Assembly: GCA_002794465.1 (NCBI GenBank)
Contig: MTSL01000010.1
Span: 27,579 to 59,578 of the forward strand
Direction of reading: 5' to 3'
Length of the DNA stretch: 32,000 nucleotides
Source of the DNA: Paramicrosporidium saccamoebae KSL3
Taxonomy: Eukaryota; Fungi; Cryptomycota
Shown here: piece by piece, positions 20,084 through 30,575 of the stretch
How the letters are laid out: the number at the start of each line of letters is the position of its first letter
How positions within the stretch are numbered: position 1 is the stretch's first letter
Notes under the pieces: model-generated
The model's database searches: none
What the model was told of the DNA's origin: nothing
Seen by the model: the letters and a program-made list of their open reading frames with translations, nothing else
Program-made: the position numbers and the translations under genes

Positions 20084-20887
20084 TCAAGCAAGAGTACAAA
20101 GCACTGGCAGCTTGGTTGCGCAGTCCAAAACATCAACAGTCGGATCATCGGGGATGGCCACAGTAAAGGCCAAACATCCCAATCCCTTGGCCTTGGAGCG
20201 AGGCAACAGGGACAGTCTTCCAAACCACGACTCGGTGCGACCACAATCCATCAGCAGTTTTGCGGCCTCCTTAGTGTTCTTGGGGTCAATGTGCACTGGC
20301 TTGCCTCCCACGCGCTTGCAGGTTGCGACAACCTGTTGATGAGTGGAGAGCGGAGCAGTCACCAACACCATGTTGGTTGATGGTCCACAAGTCTGGAGAC
20401 GCGTGTCGGCGCGGATAAAGGCAGCTCCGCCATTGTACGGCGACTCCTTGGACCAGATTGTCAGGTTGAACTTGCCAGGTAGGCTAAACTTTGAGCTGCT
20501 GAATATGTCGTTCTTCATGGCCACATTGGGGTTGTCGGTCCAGTCCTTGCAGCCATTTGTTGACACCAGCGGAGTTGTCAACAAGTAAGCTCCATTCTTG
20601 TACAAATCGAACGAGTCACCAGCACAGTACGCGTCAGTGATTGAAATCTGCACATAGTCGTCATAGTCAAACTTGAACGTGTAGGCCGTCTCCTCGTTGG
20701 ACTGGCCAAAGAAGAATTTGAACCATCCCGAATCAAGCTCGAGATCAGTAATGATGTTCTTGGAACTCAGCTGGTTATGACCGTTCTTTGTGCTCGAAGG
20801 CAGATGGACGGCGGCCGCGGGAGACTTGCTGATGTTTGCCGAGGCGCTGGCGAGAAGGAGGAGGAGGGAGCCGAGTGCGAATTGCAT
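20084..20887 (-). CDS. Secreted protein of unknown function: signal peptide, beta-rich domain, C-terminal Cys-containing C-type-lectin-like domain, 267 aa
   Basis: Signal peptide MQFALGSLLLLLASASA. Domain 1 contains ITDAYCAGDSFDLY..SPYNGGAAFIRAD. Domain 2 contains VATCKRVGG..W..C..DCATKLPVLC. The CDS is well supported; domain labels are inference. Confidence 0.7.
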   Translation of the reverse strand: MQFALGSLLLLLASASANISKSPAAAVHLPSSTKNGHNQLSSKNIITDLELDSGWFKFFFGQSNEETAYTFKFDYDDYVQISITDAYCAGDSFDLYKNGAYLLTTPLVSTNGCKDWTDNPNVAMKNDIFSSSKFSLPGKFNLTIWSKESPYNGGAAFIRADTRLQTCGPSTNMVLVTAPLSTHQQVVATCKRVGGKPVHIDPKNTKEAAKLLMDCGRTESWFGRLSLLPRSKAKGLGCLAFTVAIPDDPTVDVLDCATKLPVLCTLA

Positions 20888-21179
20888 GTTGTGTTGACCC
20901 CACAGCCCACAGGTTACATCTTTTAAGCCCGTCTTTGTTGTGGTCGTCTTGGCATTTCCTCTTTTGGGGTGGCATCAATATCGCCATTTTGGGCGGACTA
21001 TCTGTCTCGAATTGGGATGGTGGATTCGCCACTTTTGGACGGTGCGCGCCCATCTCTGTTTTCAGCGCAGCCAAATCCCCAATAGTAGCTAGAGGACAGG
21101 CCAAAGGTCTCCCAAAACCCCAATAGTAGCTGGATTCTAAATAAAGTGGCAAAAAGTAACACATTTATTCTACATAATG

Positions 21180-21686
21180 CTACAAGTCGTTCATTCTCTG
21201 AGCAGCCTTCATGCTCCGTACACCGACCGGCAGTGTGCAAATATGGGTCCGATAATGCTGCAGCATGTTGTCACGTCGACTAAATGTCCGCTCGCATTCT
21301 GGATAGAGACAATTAAAGGGTTTGGCGCCAGTGTGGATCACCAAGTGACGCTGCAAACGCGACTTGCTTGGGAACACTTTCCCACATCCGGGATTCCCAC
21401 AAACATGTCGCGGCAGAGTGTTCTCCTTATCCTCTGTCGACGTTGCTGCCACGAGGGCATCCAATGAGCCATCTGTAAAGCTCCACATTGACGAATCGCC
21501 GCTATATGTTTGGCAGTACAGCTGGTTGGGCTGGGTTGGCGGCGGCATGTTCAGTGGGGGGACAATGGGCATTCGATATTTACATTTGTAATTCAGCAGT
21601 CCCGTCTCGGCCAGCGAGGGGAGTCGCACTCCCTCCTCCGGTGACTCGGAGATAGGGACTGAAGAGGGCGGTTGGTAGGGGTCCAT
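21180..21686 (-). CDS. C2H2 zinc-finger transcription factor (two fingers, Nrg1-like), about 168 aa
   Basis: CGNPGCGKVFPSKSRLQRHLVIH-TGAKPF-CLYPECERTFSRRDNMLQHYRTH. The second finger resembles Nrg1 FSRHDNCLQHYRTH. The first ATG is at 21686. Confidence 0.88.
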   Translation of the reverse strand: MDPYQPPSSVPISESPEEGVRLPSLAETGLLNYKCKYRMPIVPPLNMPPPTQPNQLYCQTYSGDSSMWSFTDGSLDALVAATSTEDKENTLPRHVCGNPGCGKVFPSKSRLQRHLVIHTGAKPFNCLYPECERTFSRRDNMLQHYRTHICTLPVGVRSMKAAQRMNDL

Positions 21687-21787
21687 CACCGACGAACGGG
21701 CGTGGTGTCTCCAACCTGGGCTTTTCAGGTAATAAATTCGAATTTGGTAACCAATCAAAATTATTCAAACACAGCAGCCTGTCTGTC

Positions 21788-22830
21788 ATGGGGATGCGCA
21801 TCATGTACTTTGGGTCCGACCGCTTTTCTAGACTCTGTTTGCAGAGAATGCTTGCTCAAAATCACGAGCTGCGCGTCAAATTGGCCATTTGTTGCCCTCC
21901 CGACGCCAAAGGTAAGCAATATTGTATTCTTGTGGGCATTTGACTAGGCGAGTTATTCCAAATGGCCCGCACCACTGGCATAAACCACCATGTGCTCCCT
22001 CCAAAGACTTTGAGAAATTGGAATGTACACTGAATGCATTAGTTCATGTGTAGGTCGAGGGCGAGTTTGACTTGGGACTGGCAGTATCAATTGGCTATTT
22101 TATTCCCAGTCGCATCATCAACTCATTTCCCTTGGGCATGCTCAATGCACATCCATCTATCCTCCCAAAATATCGTGGGGCATCGCCCCTCCAATACACC
22201 ATAATGAATTGCGATACGGAGACGGGTGTTTCCATCATTGACCTGGACACGAAGGAGTTTGACGCTGGCAACATTTGGCATCAGAGGACACTCAGCATTG
22301 ACCCGTGTCGGTCGTTTAGAGACTTGGAAGAACAGTTAGCATACGTCTCGGCCGAGTCTTTGTTAGAGGTCATTGCTGATTTTCCGCGGTTCAAGGCTCA
22401 GAAACAGGCCCAGGTGGGTATTGCTTCATATGCCCCAAAGATCCAAAGGTCCGACGCAAAAATCTCTTTGGATAGCATGACTCGGTTGGATATATTTGGT
22501 AGGTACCAGGCAATTTCCCATCAAGAAAAGATTTATGCGACTCTGTTGGATGGAAAAGAGGTCTCCTTTCTAAATGTCCTTGATCCTCGAGAAACAGTCG
22601 TTACTGGAATGTCGCCGACTCAATTTGCCAGTCTCGACGGATCGTGTCCTCCAGGATCCACCTTTTTCGAACGCCCTACCAAAATAGTCTGGATCAAGTG
22701 TCTTGATGGCTGGCTCCCTGTCACGTCATTTCGTCTTCCCAACAAATCTGCTCCCTTCCTCGCCCCTGCCTTTCATCAAGCCGTCAGACTTGTCAACTTT
22801 CAGCCCAATTTCCAAGTGGCCGGCCCCTGA
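21788..22830 (+). CDS. FMT1: Methionyl-tRNA formyltransferase (mitochondrial type), about 325 aa, 3 exons
   Basis: N-terminal MRIMYFGSDRFS, FDLGLAVSIGYFIP, LNAHPSILPKYRGASPLQ, TGVSII..FDAGNI and YAPKI. Introns 21912..21947 and 22025..22053. Confidence 0.93.
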
Positions 22831-22839
22831 TTGGACAGC

Positions 22840-23568
22840 ATGGGCGCAAGCAGTAGCAAGGACAAGCAAAAGATTACTCCGAGGGATAGAGCAATTCTGG
22901 ATCTCAAGGTGCAACGGGACAGACTCAAGCAGTACCAAAAGAAGGTGGTGGTCATTCTGGGTCGGGAGACTGAAATTGCCAAGGCACACTTGGCCGCTGG
23001 AAATAAGCCGCTTGCGCTGCTGGCCTTGAAGAAGAAAAAGTATCAAGAAGGTTTACTAGAGTCTACCTCTGCTCAGCTTCTCAATTTGGAGCAACTGGTA
23101 TTACTGCGCACAGGATTTTCAGTTTGTAGACATCGGGCATAGAGTTTGCGCAGGTTGAACAGCAGGTGCTCCATGGCCTGCGACAAGGAAATAGCGTCCT
23201 TACTGAGCTGCAAAAGGAAATGTCGCTTGATGAGGTGGAAAAGCTCATGTCAGACACTGCCGAAGCCGTTGCCTACCAAAACGTACCGTATGTTCATTAT
23301 TGACTGTGTAGGAAATATCGGCAATGCTATCTGGGAAATTAACAGAAGAAGATGAGGAAGATTTGGAAGCTGAGCTGGCTCAATTGCAAGCTGAATTGGT
23401 ATAGCTCATTAGATGGTTGGTAATGTGTCATAGATGCCCGAGATTCAAGCTGAAATGCCATCAGTACCCACAACGGAGCCTACTCCATTAAAGCATGAGT
23501 CTGAGCATGAGGAGGAGGAGGAGGAGCGAGTTGAAGAGAACAAAAGAGCAGCCCCATTACTGGCCTAA
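22840..23568 (+). CDS. VPS20: ESCRT-III subunit Vps20/CHMP6 (Snf7 family), about 210 aa, 4 exons
   Basis: Myristoylation-type start MGASSS, ITPRDRAILDLKVQRDRLKQYQKK, ALLALKKKKYQE, EFAQVEQQVLHGLRQGN and DEVEKLMSDTAEAVAYQ. Introns 23098..23129, 23283..23311 and 23399..23433. Confidence 0.94.
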
Positions 23569-23606
23569 GAAACTTGTTAGATAGCATCCGCTTATTATTG
23601 GTATTC

Positions 23607-23646
23607 CTACCAACTACCAACTACCAACTACCAGCTATCAGCTACC
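23607..23646. repeat. 7-nt tandem repeat (ctaccaa), about 5.7 copies
   Basis: ctaccaa x3, then ctaccag, ctatcag, ctacc. Confidence 0.85.
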
Positions 23647-23801
23647 GCACAATCCACTCCATTCTAGTCGTGTTGGTAATGGTGGCCTATAAAAGTGCCA
23701 ACTACTTTAGTAAATGCTCTCTCTCGCTATTCAACAGGCTCTTTGTTAGATTTGCATCTTGTTCGCTAGGATTACTCGAATAAAAATTAATTCCGGGTTA
23801 A

Positions 23802-26800
23802 ATGAGTTCGGTCAAGTCCCTATGCAAAGCGGCGAGGGAAGCATTAGACCGTGGCGATGCAGCGACAGCCCTTCGTATCTGCGAGACGGGTCTCAACGAG
23901 CCGCATTACATGCTACTTGTATTCAAGGCCCTGTCGCTGCAACAATTGGGTCAGACCGATGACGCACTGCGCACCTATCGAGAGGCGATTGACTGTGAAG
24001 AGGGACCATTGGCATGGCAGGTATTCTGCATTCGTGACTAATTCTAGGGGCTGACGACGTTGTTAGAAAGCAAGGAGAGATGGGCCGATGTCGTCCCGGT
24101 ATTACAGACTTTGAGAAAAATGTTCAAAGACGATACTGCCAAGTATCTGGATTACACAAAGAGACTACTTAAGGCGCACAATGGAGCCGGCCAGCTGGAT
24201 GCGTGTTTGCCTTTGCTTCAATGGCTACGTAAAGAAGGAGCCAATGCAGATCAAGCTAAAAACGCCAATGTAGATAGCGCTGAAAACACTACTGTAGGTC
24301 GGGCTGACAACGCTCATGTAGATCAGACTGACAACACTGTTGTGGATCAGACTAGATATCTCGACGAGGAAATTTCCATCCGGGAACGGCTAGAGGATGC
24401 GCGCATCTCTAAAGAGATTGAAGTGCGGCGTTATAGATTGGGGGCAGAGCCATTGGTCATTTTGAAGGAAATTGTCAAGAATGAAGTCTACCTAGAGTCC
24501 CCTCTAGAAGTTTTGTATGAGGAAAAGCTTTTTATGGGGAGAAATGTGGGAATAGCAGATAAATTGATGGATAGGATGCTGCGCAAAATACCAAAGATCA
24601 AGGAGAAGAATACTAAAAAATTGCTTGACTTGGCAAAAGAGTATTCGGCCGATTCAAAAAGTGCACAGATAATTCTTATTGACATGCTTGATCACAAAAA
24701 TGTCCTAGTTCTCGGAGAATTTGGTCCGTATGAGGATCTGCAAGCAGCTAGTGATGAAAAAAATGTAGAGGAATTGGCAGCCAAGCGCCCCTCATCCCTG
24801 TTTTCTTCATTATTTTGTGTTGGCTATTTCTGGAAGCACCGAGAATTGGCTAACACTCAAAAATGGATCAACAATACACGTAGGCTTGCTGCCAAGCTAG
24901 AGACCGATTACAATGTCAATACACCCATGATGAAAAAGCAGCTGGATAGATTGGAGGCCCTGGTGTTTGCCAAGGATGGACGCTTCTATGACGCAATTCC
25001 GCTTTTAAATACGTCACTGGGTGAAAATCCCGAGGACTTTGAAATTATCGAATCTATGATTGACTGCTACACAGCTCTACATTCGTACCAAGAGGCAATA
25101 TCCTTGTACCATCGTCTGCTTGCGGATAGGGCAGATGATGTAAAGCTACTTTCCGATCTCGGGTGGCATTACTTTCTTGATCGAGACTATTCACAGGCTC
25201 GTAATTTCCTACACCAGGCACAAAGGCTCGGTGAAGATGCCACAATCCTCACCAGGCTCGGTCGCGTCTACTGGGACGAGGACGAATCGAATAGAAAAGA
25301 TCGAAACATTTGTCTTGCCTATTTTCTATCGGCTGCTAAGAGCAATCCCAATGGATTTGAAGCCTTTTTATTTCTGGGAAAGTACTATTTTGATGTGGAA
25401 AAGGATGTTATCAGGGCTGAAAAGTGCTTTACCAAGTCACTGTCGCTCAACTCTGATTGCATGGAGACAGCTTTAGAGTTGGCATTAATCTGGATAAGCG
25501 CTGCTAATAGACATCCCTCTCTGAGAGACAAGTTGCACAAGGTGATCCGCGTACTCGAACCATTTACGGGTGAATATTATCGAAACAGCAAAATGTGGAT
25601 GTACTTGGGAATGGCATTTTCTGGTGTAGACAAGTGGCCCCAATCGACAACGGCCTTCCAGAATGCCTTAAAGGGAGAACGTCCAAATGAGCTTCGATGT
25701 CTCTTGGGGCTGGCGGAAGGATACCGACGACAGAAGAGGTATATGGCGGCGGGCAAGGCATACAAAAGGGTGCTTGAATTGGATCCTTCCAATAAGACTG
25801 CCATAGTTGGACTAGCCTCGGTGGATACTGACACTGGCGAATACGAGTCGGCCCTTGAGAGATTGGCAGAATTGGAAGACGCAATTGTGCAGTTGGAACA
25901 AGTCAGGGTGGGCTATCTTAAAGCAGCAGAGTTAATCAACAATGCCTGCATCAAAGAGGCCATCAGTGACATTGAAACGTGTCTGCAGCAATGTCTACAA
26001 GTCTTTCAGAGTCATGAATTGAAGGGGAAGCGACTTTGTTGGAAAATGTTGAGTGACACTTGTCTGCTCATGATCAGGGTGAGAATGGCACCTGAATTGA
26101 AGGAATTGGAAAGTACCTGCGCTAGATTGCTAGAGACTGTCTCAATTGAATTTGAGGGCAATGAGATTTGGAACGGGATTCTCAAAGCTCTGTCTTCAGA
26201 CAGTCTTATTTCGACAGTCGTCAAAATTTCGTGTCTCTGCCAAATCAACTTGATTGTCGAGAGCGATGACGCTGCTATTGTTTCTGGTGCCTGGACAGAT
26301 CTGGCGGTTGTTCTACTCCGGTCAGCAACAACCCCGAATAGAGAATTGTTAGAGATTGTCAAGGACTGCGCTACTCAGGCCACTGAGGAATCGATGGAAG
26401 CTGGAATTGCTTGGCTGATTCTCGGTATTGCCCATTTCCGCTGCGACGACTATGGAATGGCCCAACACTGCTTCCTCAAGGCAGTAAATCGCAATGTATC
26501 ATCGGCATGGCTAGGACTGGCACATCTATACAGCAGTCTAGGCGATGACGATCTCGCGAGCCGCGCAATTGAAATTGTCAAGGTAAGCGATGAAAATGCC
26601 CCTGCATGGCTTTATGAAGCATTCCAGGCCAGAAACACGGCTCGTGTTGGGCCTCTCCTCGGACAGGCAATTGACGCGAGTAGCGCCGTTGATGCTTCAT
26701 TATGCATGTTGTGGGTGGCAAAGGGCGAGCATGATGGAACGGCAGAGGATCTATGCAAACTCCGAATGAGTCTGATGAGGAGACTTGCCTTTTGCCCAAC

Positions 26801-27263
26801 TGATGCTGTTGCCAAAGACGCGCTATGCAAATTAGAGCCAGTCAAAAAGCCGCATGACTCCTCAATCATGGCCCTTGTTACCGATAACCGTCTCTCTACC
26901 AATCCACCAGCTTGCTGTGATGTACCTGGTGACACTTGCGATGCGCTATGGCTAAAATCATACATATCGTATCAGCAGAACGATCCTGCAACGGCCATGT
27001 CTACTCAATTTAACGGCTCTCTCTTTACACCCGGCAAATGGTCCGATATCCTTTTCTGGCATGACCAGACCCACCTTGGGATTGAACATTTAAAGCTACG
27101 CGTCACCCCTGAATTGGCAGAAAGATTGCCTGGCGAAGCTGGAGCCATCCTTAGTGTTTGGACAGATGTTCCCGAAGAGGTGCAGAGACCATTACTACAG
27201 ACAAAGAGATTCCTGGCAGATTTTGAGAAAAGATTTGTGGGAGATGCTAGAATAGTTAGTTAG
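23802..27263 (+). CDS. SKI3: Superkiller complex TPR protein Ski3/TTC37, about 1144 aa, 2 exons
   Basis: The N-terminus MSSVKSLCKAAREAL..LAWQ|GL resembles Ski3. It has many TPR units (AFLFLGKYY..DVIRAEKCF, WMYLGMAF..AFQNALK, LGLAEGY..RYMAAGKAY). A 27-nt intron 24021..24047 joins the two ORFs. Confidence 0.85.
24240..24356. repeat. 24-nt coding tandem repeat (about 5 copies, 8-aa unit) inside SKI3
   Basis: gccaatgcagatcaagctaaaaac / gccaatgtagatagcgctgaaaac / actactgtaggtcgggctgacaac / gctcatgtagatcagactgacaac / actgttgtggatcagact. Confidence 0.8.
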
Positions 27264-27321
27264 TGTTTGAAGGGAATGCGTCCTCACCTACACACACACA
27301 TCCATAATACTACATGGCAGT

Positions 27322-28407
27322 TTATTCATCAGGACCGTCATCTATCAGGACGGGTAGATTATCAGTTTCAGTTAATAAACCCTCGAGACTACGCTTCATT
27401 GGCAGCGTAATAGGAAGGGTTGTTGGTTGAATGTTTGGAACATTATGTTGGAATGAATACGCCGGACCAGTGTACTCTTCCACTGAATCAACATTGCCGC
27501 TCTCTTCAGTCGGACCACTCTCGACAAGCCCGATTATGGTCGGATTGATGACATTCGGCACTTCTCGGGGCCGTGCCTCGATTCTTGCATAGCTTACCTC
27601 TTCCACCACCTCGGTCTTTATCTCGGTAATAATATCCTCCCTTTTGCGGTTGGGGGCGTAGGGACGTCTCGGTCGGATCATCATATCCACTTGTCTCGCC
27701 AGTAAGCGGGCCTCTTCGCAAAGCTCCTTCCTCCCCAGTGCCACCCTTAGCATATTGAAAAAGACGGGCAACTCGGGTGCAATAGTGGCCGGTTGGTAAC
27801 CCAACACTCCGGCACCCACTGTTCGTAAAACATCAAGCGTTATTGGCATGGCCATCAGACGTTGCATAAGGTTCATCCGGACTGCACTGGGAAGAGCACT
27901 TTGGAAGGATGCGCGTCCCAGGACACACTGTAGCCACCTCCACATGACTGCTGGAACATTCGTCTCCAATGCGGCAATGAACAGTTCAACAAGTGGTCGA
28001 CCCACTGCATCACAGTTTGCATAGCAGAAATAGCCATAAATCGAATCTCTCAGTCCCTCCGGCAGTGGTTTAGTAAGAAAATGCCGCAGTAAGGGGGTTG
28101 GCACCACTACCGAGGCCCCCAGCTTGGCAAGAAGTGTCAGTAGAGAAAAGGACCACGTCTGTATTGTCGGTAGCGCACCGGTTGTCTGCAACGGCCTTTG
28201 AGCAAGCAGCAAAATGGGCGTTATATCAACTCGTCCCTCTAGATGCTCCTCGAAAGAGGCCAAGTGTTGGTTGAGGATGGCAGGGTCTGTGAGCAACGAC
28301 CCCGCAGTCCGTCCACTGCCCGGCAACAGCGCATCGAGTGAAGAATTCGTCTCTTTGATCAATTCCCGTAACGACCGGTCTCGTTCAGCCTCGTTCCTAA
28401 ATTTCAT
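27322..28407 (-). CDS. Helical protein, possibly a divergent Rix1/PELP1-like pre-rRNA processing factor, 361 aa
   Basis: Intact ORF filling the gap, with Leu-rich helical composition. VDMMIRPRRP resembles the Rix1/PELP1 L-I-H-P-R-x-P motif, and the acidic tail is LPVLIDDGPDE. The family call is tentative. Confidence 0.45.
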   Translation of the reverse strand: MKFRNEAERDRSLRELIKETNSSLDALLPGSGRTAGSLLTDPAILNQHLASFEEHLEGRVDITPILLLAQRPLQTTGALPTIQTWSFSLLTLLAKLGASVVVPTPLLRHFLTKPLPEGLRDSIYGYFCYANCDAVGRPLVELFIAALETNVPAVMWRWLQCVLGRASFQSALPSAVRMNLMQRLMAMPITLDVLRTVGAGVLGYQPATIAPELPVFFNMLRVALGRKELCEEARLLARQVDMMIRPRRPYAPNRKREDIITEIKTEVVEEVSYARIEARPREVPNVINPTIIGLVESGPTEESGNVDSVEEYTGPAYSFQHNVPNIQPTTLPITLPMKRSLEGLLTETDNLPVLIDDGPDE

Positions 28408-28433
28408 CCCCGGTAATCACCCAGGCACCATAT

Positions 28434-30070
28434 TTATTCATCGTCAGAAACTACCAGGCCAGCCTTCTTTTTCAGGTGTCTAATAAACTTTTCGAAATAA
28501 TAGCGTCTAATATCCTCATCCTGCACTTCATCGGGTATAAGAGTCCGATATTGCTCGTACTGAGAGTCGAGTTGGATGGGTGGGGTCATGTGTTTAATTG
28601 CGTGTTTGAGACGATCCAGTTGGGTGCGATTGGTGATGCGATGCTTCTCCAGCTTGGCAACCAAAAGTGCCCTCGTCTCCTCAGCACTCGGTTGACTGGG
28701 CTTTCTGGATGGATTTATATGTGTCTGCAGAGTATCAATGAGCTTGGGGTCAAGATGATGTCGAGTGGCCGTCTCCTGGATCAAGTCGGTATTATCCATC
28801 CAGCCTTCTTTCAATGCAAGCAGTTCGTGGATTACGGGTCCCGTTGTCTTTACATAGGACTCTTGTAATCGGTGCACACAATCCCAAAACAAGTCTAATG
28901 GAGTTGATCCTGACTGAGACAACATGCCAATATACTCTTTCCGATCCTTGATCAGCGGATAAATCTCTGTCCAGGACGACGTCGCTCTCAACGTTCCATT
29001 CTCCTCCAATTCGCCCAGCATTGTCTTGAATGCCTTTCTGTTGAGTCGTTCTCGTTTTCGTTCCTCGTCGCGTCGATCTATTTCGTTCTGTTGATCGGCA
29101 CGCTCCAGTCCCTTGATGTAATTCTCATAGCCGGCTAGTTGTTCCATCAGCTCCATTCCACTCAGGTCTACATCGTCCTGCAGTCGAACGCGAAAGATTC
29201 CAACCGCATTCCGCCATAGAGTGTCTATCCGAATCTCTGGAATCGATGCAAGCAGCTTTTGGAACTTTTCTGCAGTCCTCTTTTTCTTTTGTCGGTTGCG
29301 ATCCATCTCTTCTCTTCTCAGTTCAGAAATGTGCTCGTCAAATAAGCTTGCACGCTCTTTTGGATTGGCGACTGCATTGAATGCAGCCTTTCCCTCCAGC
29401 AGTTCTAGCACTTCGCTATAGCGCGTAGTACTAGTAATTTCGGATGTCGCCCTAAACAAAGCTCTCAAATCATCCTGCGCCTGGATACTACGTTGCTGTC
29501 GCTCCTCACGCTCCACTTCTCGTTGCAAATCTACATGTTTGGCAAATAGCACTTTGCGTTCTGCCAGTGTGGGGACCAGCTTGTAGTGCGGATGGCCAAT
29601 AATCTCCCTCAGCGCCTCCTCCCAGCTGTATTGTGACGTTATGCCCTACACAGTTACACAACATTATGTATGTATGATACCTTTTCCTTGAGCATGGCCA
29701 TGAATTTGGCTTCGAGGACTTCTTTATCAATTGAGGCTGGATCCTTAATCCTCTCCAGATATTCGGCATACTCGGGCGGCACCTCCCACATTGACATTTT
29801 GGTCACCGCATTATAGTAATATTTTCGTCCCGTTCCTGTAACCATCTCCCGCCAGGACGAAACAATGTCCGAGTTGGAGGCCTGTCGTGGTTTAGCGATC
29901 GGCACAACGGACGCGCGTAGAGCCTCAGCCGCCACCTCGGCCGGCTCCTCCCACGACGTCTGTCCATTGTTCATATTGTACCAATATCGACGACCGTCCG
30001 GAAGCGATTGTTCCAGCCAATTCTACACCATAAGACGAGCTACAAAAGGTACAGGACGCGCATTAGACAT
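28434..30070 (-). CDS. PRP40: U1 snRNP-associated splicing factor Prp40 (2 WW plus FF domains), about 523 aa, 3 exons
   Basis: WW1 WLEQSLPDGRRYWYNMNNGQTSWEEP and WW2 WREMVTGTGRKYYYNAVTKMSMWEVP. FF domains FMAMLKEK|GITSQYSWEEA and FKTMLGEL..SSWTEIYP. STPLDLFWD is a Prp40-type motif. Introns 30052..30023 and 29680..29646. Confidence 0.93.
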
Positions 30071-30143
30071 TTTCCAAGTGACAAATACGCAAATTATTTT
30101 ATTGTTTCCCCCCACAATCCACGCTATGTAGATAGCGCAAGGC

Positions 30144-30154
30144 GGGGGGGGGGG
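30144..30154. repeat. G11 homopolymer about 75 nt upstream of PRP40
   Basis: Direct observation. Confidence 0.9.
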
Positions 30155-30575
30155 TGCTGTGAATAGACTGATCATTACGTACGTTATCAAGCGGAAAGAG
30201 AGGTCGTTTACTAAATGGTCTATATATCTGCGGACTAGGGACTCTACTAGCAAGCCTATTTGTACGGACCAAGGGCCTTACTAAGGACTGCTAAAGATCT
30301 TTAAGATCTTGTTGATGAGTGAGCTTTGTTTTATTAAAGCATATGGCTTCCTTATAGATAGCCATTCTCAATATAACCGGACTGGACTGTGGGACCGCCA
30401 TCTGGGTCGGACTCGCCAATAATGAGTGGATACTGTTTAACAGGTCTTTCCTTGAAGCTCAATTATAACGTGCTTTACGGAGCGGGTAGAGAATCCGTTT
30501 ATTATCAATTAAAGCGTACTTGTATAGTTTCCCTAACCCCATTCTCCATGATATGTGGCGAGTCAATCTGCTACA

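Noticed and set aside
21077-21131. 14-nt direct repeat ccccaatagtagct (two copies)
   Set aside because: It is too short and isolated to assign a function or an element boundary.
30313-30318. TGATGA C-box of a possible box C/D snoRNA
   Set aside because: I found no CTGA D-box or terminal stem at a suitable distance.
30531-30539. CCCTAACCC as a telomerase RNA template or telomeric seed
   Set aside because: It is a single 9-mer expected by chance in 32 kb, with no visible pseudoknot or repeat array and little room before the next gene.
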